A DNA stretch of 64,000 nucleotides from Octopus vulgaris (Eukaryota), in contig OX597818.1 of the NCBI GenBank assembly GCA_951406725.2, positions 17,608,001 to 17,672,000 of the forward strand, written 5' to 3'. The position numbers were made by a program, and so were the translations under genes. The notes below the pieces were generated by a model that searched no databases, had not been told where the DNA came from, and saw nothing but the letters and a program-made list of their open reading frames with translations. Every line of letters begins with the position of its first letter. Positions within the stretch are counted from its first letter, which is position 1. This document shows, in pieces, positions 52,074 to 64,000 of this stretch.

Positions 52074-54215
52074 CAATCAGAATGTGCTGCAGAGTAGAAG
52101 GCCCAGCCGCTATATGTGTAGTAGAAAGGATCACTTAAAAAATTTTATCAGAAAGAAGAAAAAAAGCGAAAGAGAATGCAGTTGCCGTCATTACATACAA
52201 TATTTATAGTAACAACACACAAAGATAAAGATCTTAGATGCAGCTGTCGTTATTTTCAAAGCACCACCAATCGCAATGTTCGAAGTGTACCATTGTCGGA
52301 ATGTTCAGAGTGGAAACAAGTAAAATGTTGCATTGTATTTTATCATGAAACCACATAGATGGACGTCTTACACTTTTCCTAAGTATTTGCTCTTTGAGCA
52401 AGTTACTTTTTTATAAATAACAATGAGTTCGTCATTGCAGAAACTTTTATTTTGTTTGCATTTTTCAAAATGGCAAATTTCACTGACGCCCACTCGCTTC
52501 AGCATTTGCGGTTTTACACCCAGTGCAATGCATTTTTTCGACGCCTTAGATAAATTTTCAGCATCTAAAGATGAAAGCGATCTTCCATTCAAGAGGGATA
52601 AAAAAATTGTGGGAATAATTTTAGTATACTTGGAAGTATGCATGAATGTTAATCAGAGTTTCTAGCGTTCCTTCATACCCTTTTCAAGGACAATACTTAC
52701 ACTTTTTTGTTCCTAAGAAAACATTTTCACCTTCACTTTTTCTTTCATGAGGAAACTGACAGTAAGACAGAAAGAAGCTATTATAGTTTCATGTTTTTTT
52801 TAAATATCTTTTATTATCTTTTCACACTTCTGAAATATTTTTGCACTGTAAATTTTATTCTCACTTCACATTTATGAAACGAAATCGAAAATTTGAAGCG
52901 ACAAAACAAAAGGATACAGACAATGATGAAGAAAGAACAAAGACGAAAAATATGAAAAAGTTTAAGACAAAACCAAATGTTAAGAAGAGCCATTATGACT
53001 CAGCACGAATGTGAAAGTTATTGTACCTGCTGTATCAATGTAAAAGCTAGAAGATACAAAGACAGCACGGACGGTGAACAATGAGTTTGTTATGTGGTAA
53101 CATCGAGAGAAAGTGCGACAAAATAACATGAACGAAGCACAGCATGAAGAATACCAAGAACTTCAAAGAAGAAATCGAGTAGAACACGAACGAAGAAGAG
53201 TTGCTGAATTTGAGAACTGTTCATACAAAAGAACAAAGCCAGAAGCAGTTTGGTGCGGTTTGATAAACCAGAATGAAAATCTGTATTTTATCTTTTTCAA
53301 TATTAGGCGTAGGTGTGGCCATTTGGAAAGAGGGTTGCTTTCCAACGAAACGGTTCCGGGTCCAATCCCACCGCGAGGCGCCTTGCGCAAATGGCTTCTA
53401 CAATAGGCTCGGGCCGGCCAAAGCCTTTTGAGCGGATTTGGTAGACGGAAACTGAAAGAAATCCATCGCATGTGTGTGTGCGTTTGTGTGTGTCTTTGCG
53501 ACTGTGTTTACTCCCCACCACCACCGCCACTACTGCTTGATAATCATTGTTGGTGTGTTCACGTCCTCGCGTCTTAGCGGCTCGGCAAAAGAGACCGATA
53601 GAACATGTACCAGACTTAAAATGAATAAGTACTGGGGTCGATTCGTTCGACTTGAATTCTTCAAGATGATGCCCCAGCATGGTTGCAGTCTAATGACTGA
53701 AGCAAGTGAACGATAAACCTCAAACCTTTGTCTAACTCAATGTTTCTCAGTCATTTTTTTACCTATGGTCTCTTTGATTCCTATTTTACTCGGATGGACC
53801 CTCCTGGTGATTCAACGTTTCAAAATCCTCACCATTCAATGTTTCAAAAACCCTATCATATTTTTATAACTAAATATTATTAAGAATTGTATAAAATAAT
53901 TTTTTAAGGTATTTTGTGTATTGTAGAAATATTACCGGTTTACTGCCGATAAATTTTGACATCAAAATCTTATGTGGACCCTCAAGGGGCCATACGGACT
54001 CCTGTTGAGAACCACTAGTCTAGCCCATTATCATAAAAACGTTTAACATCGTGAAGCATGTTTATGAAACTAAGAAAATGGATCCTGATAGTAATTATGT
54101 AAGTATATTGCAATCCCAGTGAAAACATTGGTTTCAAATTTTGGCACAAGGCCAGCAATTTCAGGGGAGAGGGAAAGTCAGTTACATCGACCCCAGTGCT
54201 CAACTGGTACTTATT

Positions 54216-54672
<457 letters not shown>

Positions 54673-54719
54673 CTAACATCATTTCTTAGGAAAATTTCAG
54701 TATAGTAAAACAATATGTT

Positions 54720-55380
54720 CAAAGAGCCTAATCGCTTGAGACAACTCAACAGTAAGTCAAAGGCTGGAGTATGTCTGCGAATGACTCGATGCTGCCTCAC
54801 CTGAGCTTTGTAGCATGTTAATAATTGTTGCGTGTTGATGTATTATCTGGCCCTGAAGAGAAGGACCAGTGGGTGGGATGCGATCCAAGCTATGTTAAAG
54901 ATGAAATATTTAGTGGTGATCCTTAGTGAAATCCTTAGTGGTAGGGAGGATCAACACTTGGAATGATTGTGAGGGATCAAGATGATTGTAGCTCATGTTT
55001 ATGAAGGTGGATGTTGCGATAAGGGTCTTATTGATATAAATAGCATCTGTGTTTTCTTGCTGTTGAAAGAAAAGATTGACATGTCTCCATCGGTAGATCC
55101 CTTTTTGAAGTCGTTGTTCCTAGAATCGTAGCCAGTCTAATATGCTGCGTCTAGGATACGAATGTATGGTGAATGAAGATGAATACGAGTGTATGGTGAA
55201 TGTTTGATGAAGGGTAGTATCATCTACATAATATTGGGTGTTTTGAGATGAGATGGCAAGCAGGTCACTGAAATAGAGATGAGAGAAAATGGGAGACAAA
55301 ACCAAACCTTGGGGGCACACTCTAAAGAAGATAGGACACCGTCAACGCACGTTGGAATAGTGCGACCTGACAGGAAGCTA
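54720..55380 (-). mobile_element. Decayed LINE RT fragment
   Basis: ISSFLSGR, PQGLVLSP and YVDDTTL motifs in ORFs 55224-55442 and 55120-55320. Confidence 0.75.
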
Positions 55381-55489
55381 CTGATGAGAGAGAGAGGGAA
55401 AGTTGCACACACACATACGCACATTATCACAGACCTAAACATTCATACATGCATTCATACATATGTACGTATACATACGTACATACATT

Positions 55490-55818
55490 ATGGCTGCCCC
55501 CTCGTTATCGAGTATGGCCATTGCACGAAGCTTAACTGTTACTGGTGCTGTGATCGAATGTGACTTTTTAGCCCAGCTAAAGATCTACAATGTCTTGTAC
55601 AGAACTGGCAACTAATACCTTTACCGGCTGTAGTTGTAACTGGCCTTCATGTACCTTTGCAAGTCGTTTAAGTCCTCCTGCCGAATTACACTCTCTTCCA
55701 CATGCCGGACAGATATGATTAGTATGGTGTGTTACACCACCACCAGTGGCCAGGTTGTCACTCATCTGTCTCGCTTTATGACTACGAAGATGACTCTTGA
55801 GTCCAGCTTTACTGAGGC
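55490..55818 (-). mobile_element. RTE-type LINE 3' fragment with C2H2 zinc fingers
   Basis: CLSKAGLKSHLRSH and CPACGRECNSAGGLKRLAKVH, embedded in (TATG)n repeats. Confidence 0.65.
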
Positions 55819-55823
55819 ATACA

Positions 55824-55854
<31 letters not shown>

Positions 55855-56182
55855 TAAATATATATGAGCATGTCTAGATATGTAACGATATCCTGAAAAA
55901 ATATGCATAAAACATACAAATCTGCACATACATACATACATACATACATACATACATACATACATACATACATACATACATACATACACACACACATACA
56001 TACATACATACATACATACATACATACATACATACATACATACATACATACATACATACAAGCAAAAATACCCTGTTGCTAATGTTGAAATTCCAACGAA
56101 GGAGCCTTGGATCTAGGTTAGAAACCAGTTCTTTCTCTATTGGCAGGAAATCTTGAAATAAACTGAATAATTACATACATAT

Positions 56183-56703
56183 GGTGGTTGTCTACTCCCT
56201 ATACAGAGTTTGATCACCTCCTGTACCTACTCCTTAGCACCATCATAGCGTCTGATGTGGTTTTTTAACCAGACAATGTTCTGAAAAGACACCCACATAG
56301 ATTGCACCTCTCATTTGGACCACCAAGATCTGCACGATAAGTTCTGCTCTTTGTGGATCTTAACATGTCTTTTAAGGCCGCCGTTGGATTTGCAAACTTT
56401 CTGGCATACACTACATTCAAAGGTGGGCACAGACATATAGTCAGAATCGTTGGTGGAGGTTTGTTTTCCATGCGTTCGCAGATGAGATTTGAGGCCAGCA
56501 AAAGACAGGCATGGTCTGTCACAGATTGTGCACACAAAAAGGTCATTGTCATTAACCTTCTCGATCAATACATTCTTCCTTAGATCTCTTTTGAGTCTTA
56601 CTTGCATTATTATGGCCTCTTCAAATGCTTTCACTCCTCTCCACACCTTTGTTCGCCATCCAACTCAATCCAGAGCAAGGGTTTCTATATATTCTGGAAC
56701 CAT
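56183..56703 (-). mobile_element. RTE-type LINE 3' fragment with tandem C2H2 zinc fingers
   Basis: E.LALD..GW....WRGVKAFEE (RTE C-terminal pattern), then CTIC...SHLRTH, CSVC...RHVKIH and a frameshifted CNLC finger. Confidence 0.72.
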
Positions 56704-56707
56704 TTTT

Positions 56708-56709
<2 letters not shown>

Positions 56710-56739
<30 letters not shown>

Positions 56740-56981
56740 CATACATACATACATACATACATACATACATACATACTTGCATACATACATACGTATATGC
56801 CTTCGTGCATACATACATACATGCTTGCATACATTGATACATACATACATACATTCATTCATTCATACATACATACATACATACATACATACATACATAC
56901 ATACATACATGCATACATGCTTGCATACATACATACATACATACATACATACATACATACATACATACATACATACATACA

Positions 56982-57010
<29 letters not shown>
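56710..57010. repeat. (TACA)n microsatellite (others near 41905, 48467, 48960, 51490, 55925, 57440)
   Basis: Direct reading; source of the MYVC/HTYI ORFs. Confidence 0.95.
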
Positions 57011-57012
<2 letters not shown>

Positions 57013-57472
57013 GCAATCAGGTAAGCACTAAAGTGAAACGCGTATCCACCACACAAATATAAGTTATCTCCAAACAGAAACATGATGCGTATATACACGC
57101 ATCAACCTATTTAGACAACCACAAACACCCAACACCTGACTGAACTGAAACAAAAGAGTCTTGCCCCTCGGTTAGCGGCCAGCTTGAACCCTCCAAATGA
57201 AAAATCTTAAATAAATCCCGAAGAAAATTCGGACTGTCCATATTTTAAACTCTAATTTTTTTAAAGATTCGAAAAATTGAAATTTTTTTTTAATTAAAAA
57301 AAAAATGAAAAAATTCTTCTTTCATAACCGTATGAATTCCCGTGAGTGGAACACAAATTCGCAAAAATTCTCTGAAAATTCCAGAAGATAAAAACTTATG
57401 AGGGGTTGTATGGAGTACTTAAACCAGAATTCCACCCACATACATACATACATACATACATACATACATACA

Positions 57473-57533
<61 letters not shown>

Positions 57534-59159
57534 ATGTATAAAAAATATATAAAAAAAACAAAATAGGACAAGAACGCAAAACACTCAAATAGACGACACA
57601 AAAAACGGACGGGTCATTCGAAGCCTCTAATCTTCAGTCAAGAACCGGATCATCCTCGCAATTTCGGCTGATTAATCTTGAGATCGCTCCGGCATGCATG
57701 TATGTCCGTATGTATGGGTATTATAATGTACATTTCTGTGGAACACATACAATAAAAATTACAGTTTTACAATATATAGGTGATGGAGTAGAGATGCAAA
57801 CTGATCTGATTATTAGCAGAAGACAATAGACAACCTAGTTAATCTTCTCTGTCACTGACATAGATTTCTAGTTAAATACTCACTCAACGTTATTCCTTCT
57901 TGCCCCAATATTTTACCGACATAATGACTACGAGTATAATCATAAAGATAATAACTTCACCGACATAAAACTGCATTCTGGAAATTTATGTGTATGAATG
58001 GGAGATTACTTGCGTTAATACTTTTTTGTATTGCAGCGTGTGTCTTTTGCTATGGCTGACTTCTTTCTAAGGGATAGAAATGTTGTATTTTAGTGTCAAA
58101 GTAAGAAAGAGTAACTTTAATTTAAGGCGTGTTTTTCTTAACTTTTGAGAGTAGAGAAATTTTTAAGTGCCGACTTGCAATAGATTTGTGTCCATGCTAT
58201 GATTAAATGTTGAGATGGCCACAGTGTTTAAATGTTAACGAGATGGTCACCGAGTTAGGAAAGGATTGGGTAAGTACTGTTTGCTAGATAAGTGAACGTG
58301 TTATTATTTAATGGCTGATCCCAGCGTGTGTTGACTTCATAGTCAGAATGTATAAAGGTTGGATAAGACTGATACAGATTGTAAATCTTAGATGAATAAT
58401 CTCCGAATGGATCTTGTCAGCATAGTCAAAATCTTCCCTCCTTTGTCGACAGATTGTCTTTCAATAAAACAAGAGTTAAAAAGGATTTTCTCTGTTTCGT
58501 CAGTTGTTAGAAATAATGCAATAGTCCAGATTTATAAAGTGTTTACAGAAAACGTCCTTAACTGGACAATTCGAAACTGCTTCGGTACCAATTCTAAATA
58601 GGAAAGTTTAATCCACTGACTATTGAAATAATTACTAGCATGGAAGTAATAACTGGAGAAAAGAATATTGTATCTTCTGACATTGGAAATTAACACGAAA
58701 CTTAGGATTTCGCTTAAGTTGTTTCTCTAGAATTGCTTAAACTGAATAACTTGGATTAGTTTATGCAAGAGAGAGAAACATGCATATGAAAGAAGCTAGA
58801 ACCTTCAAAAATGGTGTTGTGTCACCATCGTAACAGCGTCGTTGCCATGGTCACCATCTGTATCGTAAATACTTCGTCTTTCTTTTTTTATTTATTCTTT
58901 CGTTCTTTTCTTTTACTTGTTTCAGTCATTTGACTGTGGCCATGCTGGAGCACTGCCTTTTAGTCGAGGAAATCGTCCCCAGAACATATTGTTTGTAAGC
59001 CTGGTACTTATTCTATCGGTCTCTTTTGTCGAACTGCTAAGTTACAGGGACGTAAACACGCCAACATCGGTTGTCAAGCGGTGGTGGCGGAGGAAAACAC
59101 AGACTCAAAGACACACATACCTAAATATATATACATATATATAAATATAAATATATACA

Positions 59160-59306
<147 letters not shown>

Positions 59307-60999
59307 GTATTATTTCTAAATTTCTCAGAGAGAGACATACAGTAGCATTTCTTTATAGTAAAATTTAATTGTCAACATAATATGGCTGTCCTACAAGGGA
59401 CGATGTTACTGTTGTTTTAGCCCCGAGAAACACCGTTTTTAGCTGGTCCTTATATTTTCGAACCGGGCTATAGTAGAAGACACTTGCCGCGCACTGGGAC
59501 TGAACTTGGAACCACGTGGTTGAGAAGCTTCTTACCAATAGAAACATTGATATTTGTGACGATTCATAACGCTAATTTTTTAAATGAGAGGAGAATAGTA
59601 ATTAGAATGATGTCATGATGTCTCATGAAAGAATCACAAGACAGCTTTTTCAAGTCAAGCCAACCGACAGGAGATTTAGGATAGACCAAGAACGAGGTGG
59701 CTGGATAATATCCATAGTCTCAGTAGGTCACGTTTGAGAATCCAGCAGGAAAAGTGTAACGACGGTTGCTTCTGATACGAGCCTATGAAGAAGGTGTCTG
59801 AAAACTTTACCCCCACAATGCTCCTAAGAATAGCGAACGGAAAAGATGGATGGATGGATGGATGGATGGATGGATGGATGGATGGATGGGTGGGTGGGTG
59901 GGTGGATAGATTCTGACTGCTTTTTATTTTATAGATTCAATACACAAAATATGACATCGACTCCTTAAGTATGATTTAAACTCCAAACTTGCAAAGTATT
60001 TTTATTTGTTTAACCATAAGGACTTGTATTTCACTTGGAAGTTCAAGTGAGAAATTGTATCGTCTATAAAACATCCTGAATATATTTATTAGAAGCTTAG
60101 GTGCAGGGAAAATTTTTCAATCGGGAATCGAAATCTGCAAAAACTTTGTACAAAATACATTAAAGTTTTTATTACTGCATTTTAAAACCACGCCGAAATC
60201 AAATCTGCCTTTCATACTTCCGGAATTGATAAAATAAAGAACTGCTCAAGTAACAGGGTCGATAATCGAGTAACCCCAGTCTAGAAAATTCTGGCCTTGA
60301 ACAAATGTGAGAAATTATTATCAGTATTAGTAAGGCGCTGAGCTGGCAAAATCGTTAGCACGTTGGGCAAAATGCTTAGCAACTTTGCCTTTCGTCCATT
60401 GGAGTGTCGAAAAATAAAGTACCAGTAAAACACTGGGGTCAATGTAATCGACAAGTCCCCTCCTCCAAAGTTTCAGGCCTTGTGCCTTTAGTAAAAAGGA
60501 TTATTATTAAGAGAACTTAAAGCAGTGAATTGACAGAAGAATTAGCGAAGCCAGCAAAATGCTTAGCGGCATTTCTTACGGTTCTTTAAGTTCTGAGTTC
60601 AAATTTCGCCGAAGTCGACTTTGAGTTTCAACCTTTCAGGATCGATAAAATAAGTACCAGTTGCGCACTGGAGAGGATGTAATCAACTAGCGCCCTTCCC
60701 CAAATATTTCAGGCCTTGTGTCAATAGCAGAAAGATTTATTATTATTTTGTAAGTGAAACTACGGATAGCTGTTGTGTCCAGTTTTGGAATTAATACTAG
60801 CGTGGAAAGCAAGTTGTTTTCTGCTGATAGGCGAGTTTCTTTTCGTGTGTTGTTTGCCAGTGTTGGGAGACATCTCGATTTAATTTTGTACAGTGAATTT
60901 TTTCGATTGTCCATGAAGAAAATTTCAATCGATTCGATGATGCTCGTAAATAAGAGAGTGAGGAGTGTCATCAGAACGTGGTGAAAGGGGAGTGAGCGT

Positions 61000-63050
61000 G
61001 ACGTGCTATATCACCCCCATCCCTTAAAAAAAGGAGAAAAACCAGACGACAAACCAGTATTTAACACGAGTGACGTTGAAATTGTTCACAAGTTGGGATA
61101 TTTCAACAAAAAATTCTTGAAAACCAACTCTATCAACAACTGCAGTAACAACAATAGCACCCAGTTTGAAGCAGAATAAACTAGAAAAAATGTGGAAGCC
61201 AACAGTAACAGCAGCAGCAACAGCAACAACAATAGCAACAATATTAACACATTTCAGGAAAAACAGGAGAAAATTTATAAGAAAATGAGACCAAGTCCTC
61301 CACTAAGAACAACTACAACAACAATAATGACAACAACAATGAGAAATCTAGCACATCTTTCCCCAATATTACTGAACAGAGATAGGTGGAGCATTCCTTC
61401 GATAGTTATTTTGGTAAAAATCTTCGAAAATGCCTACTAAAAACTAATCATCTAGACCAAAAATATCAGGTCCCCAATCGTTCTCTTAATAAGAAGATCG
61501 TAAATCCGACTCCAGCACAGGCAGACAAATGCCTGAAAGATATCTAGGGTTCCATTTGGCACGTCAAAAGAGCGAGAAAGTTTGAATATTTTGTTATTAT
61601 ATGCCTTGGCGAAGAGGCAACGATAAAGATGACCTTGTACACTTACTCCTCAGATGAAAATATTTTCATTTCGTCTTATCTGGTGTGACGAGTGAATAAG
61701 CTTACTTTTTACGAATGTGCTTCCGGAATCTGACATCCAGTATTTCAGGATGATTGTGGCTGGGTATGGTGATATTTTAACTTAGAAATCCAGCCGGAAA
61801 AAAAAAACTTGTTGATGGTCCAGGTGGAAGTAGAAATGTTGGTGACTGTAGAAAATTTCCATGGGATTCCTAGCATAATTTATATGTAAGGTGTGGAGCC
61901 CATTAGAATTGTGGTGGAGAGTAGGAAAGCTAAGTGTTACACTTGCAGAAGCACAACCAATGAAAAAAGCTTTCTATCCTCAATTAAAGAAACCGAAACC
62001 AACCCTCTTGACAACTCCACGGCCGCATTTACAACAACCTTATGAGCAGATCCTGACTCCTACACCAAAACCAATTTCCCTGCTGTGCCAGTGTGGACAT
62101 GGGGCAACCACACCGGGTTATTTAGATCGTATCTAGATAGAGTATTCGTTAGGTCAGTAGATACGGGTAGCGTAGGTTGTCCACAATTCAAATTGATCGG
62201 CTACACAGAACATAAGTCTATGATCTGCACAGTCAAATTAGCCAGGACCCGTAGGCAGGTACCCGGTTACATGAAGCTGAACGCGTCATTACGCAGAGAT
62301 TACAGGGATCGGATTAATGAAGAAGTTAAGCGGCAGTTGACGGGGCAATTGTCAACAACCGGTAGTGTGTCACTCTGAAGAGAGAGATTAGAGTAGAATC
62401 GATAGCGTTTATCAAAGAGCTAGCTATAGAAAAAAATAGATTAGAGAGAGAACAAGTTAGCAAACTAGAAGAGGCGATTAGTAAAGGCATCGAGACCGAC
62501 GTGCTAGCGGTGAGAATGACACTTGTCCATTTCTTCGAGGCGAAATACGAAGGCTGCGTTGTCGACCGTGGTGGAATTTGAGCGTAAAAAGCAAAGAGCT
62601 GGAACAAATTCAAGGCATCAAGCCCGACATTCTTACAGTTCCCCAACCCATTGTCCTAGGACGAAATAATAACTGGTACCCTCACCCTAGTGTCTCATTT
62701 TTTATCCCATTTAAAAACAAATAACAGTTGTGGATTGGCTGAACCATTAAAGCGTCAGATAAAATACCTTGCGGTATTTTGTTCCACTTCTTTGCATTCT
62801 TAGCTCAAATCTTTTTATTGTCGAGCTTTTTCAACAGAAAGTTAAATTGACTTAGGGACATACTGTACAGACTAAGATACAGTGACACGGTGTCAGGAGA
62901 CGCAGACGACTTCGCCGTCATGATGTCGGCTAACTCAGAAATCGAAGTGTTCTGCAACAAACTGAAGTATGGGATAATCGAAACAAGTCAGTGATCTTGC
63001 AGTTTGGCATCGGGAAAGGTAAGTCGCTGCTAGCCAGCATAGCATTTTTC
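61000..63050 (+). mobile_element. Highly decayed L1/Tx1-type LINE
   Basis: APE C-terminal motifs WTW...SYLDRVFV...H...GY.KLNASL (62085-62378) and ADDFAV near 62903; large deletions; boundaries uncertain. Confidence 0.65.
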
Positions 63051-63386
63051 ACTGAGCTGAAAGATAGGTTAAAAAGCACGAAAGATAACCTGAAAAAGAG
63101 CTTTCACATAATGTTACGTAAAGTGATCAGCCAGGGAACTCAGAACGTAAAGAACCGGGAGAAAATACCATAATGCTCTAACAATCTGCGAACCCACAGT
63201 ACTAGACTAGTATATATTATCGAACTCGGAAGGATGAAAGGCAAAGTTGACATCAGCAGGACTTGAACTGAGACCGCAGAGGAGTGAAGTAAATACCACA
63301 GTTGTTCTTACGTCCCAACGAATCTGCTACCTGTCCCCTTCATATCTCTCTCTTTCTCACAGTATATATATATATATATATATATA

Positions 63387-63452
<66 letters not shown>

Positions 63453-63463
63453 TATATATATAT

Positions 63464-63513
<50 letters not shown>

Positions 63514-63515
<2 letters not shown>

Positions 63516-64000
63516 CTTAGAAAGGTTTTTGGCCAGTATTGGCCCAGGCCATGTCTAACTTAATAGCACCACCTGGCGAAGTCTTTCAGTTCAGGATTTG
63601 GGCACCAAGGCCCATTCGAGCAGAGAGTTATTGTTTGCGGAGACATATCCGGGTGTGGATGGTTTGTCCGGTACTGTTTGAAGGAATTTGTCCAAAGACT
63701 TCTTGAATTTTGTGTGGTCAGTTTCTTTTTTGACGTGTCCTGGTGTAATGTTGAAGAGAGCGGGTCCAATTGAGGTGAAATAGTTGTGCCGTATTGTCGT
63801 TATGTGATGCGATTTAGATTTTTGTTGTGGACGGATGGCACGTGGTCCAAGCCTTGGATGCATTTTGAAGGTGATGCCAACATCATTCGGACAGTGCTGA
63901 TGGAATATTTTCCACATCATACAGATAATGTAGCGTTCACGGCGTCGTTGGAGTGAATACAATTTCAGCTTCTCTAGTCTACCCCAGTAGTCAAGGTCTG
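63514..64000 (-). mobile_element. 3' end of a CR1/L2-group LINE (runs off the window)
   Basis: ORF 63591-63962 with YSLQRRRERY, GPALFN..P and FK..LDKFL..VPD.P; ends at a (TA)n tract. Confidence 0.82.

Noticed and set aside
56086-56135. Hammerhead-like layout (CCAACGA...AGAAACCAGTT)
   Set aside because: First box and stems too degenerate to call from this copy.

Overview
Eukaryotic, AT-rich, repeat-dense DNA; the SINE families and microsatellite load point to an octopus (inference). Two spliced genes face tail-to-tail. (1) The 3' part of AP5Z1 (AP-5 subunit zeta) lies on the + strand as 11 GT-AG exons (989-18659) joining into 474 uninterrupted codons plus stop. (2) An apparently complete 7-exon gene on the - strand (46214-24593, 233 aa) encodes a divergent opioid-growth-factor-receptor (OGFr) family domain behind a probable N-terminal hydrophobic anchor; the ORF track shows only its last exon. 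The most striking non-coding system is a set of Penelope-like-element (PLE) relics: RT/GIY-YIG fragments, fold-back inserts in (TA)n tracts, and minimal type-I hammerhead ribozyme motifs, one apparently intact (36123-36215, - strand) within a ~350-bp-arm hairpin. The rest is SINEs, CR1/L2-, RTE- and L1/Tx1-type LINE fragments, Tc1/mariner, hAT- and piggyBac-like MITEs, a Helitron-like end, an inverted-repeat element holding TTAGGG repeats, and microsatellites. All homology calls come from recalled family motifs, not database searches, and repeat boundaries are approximate.
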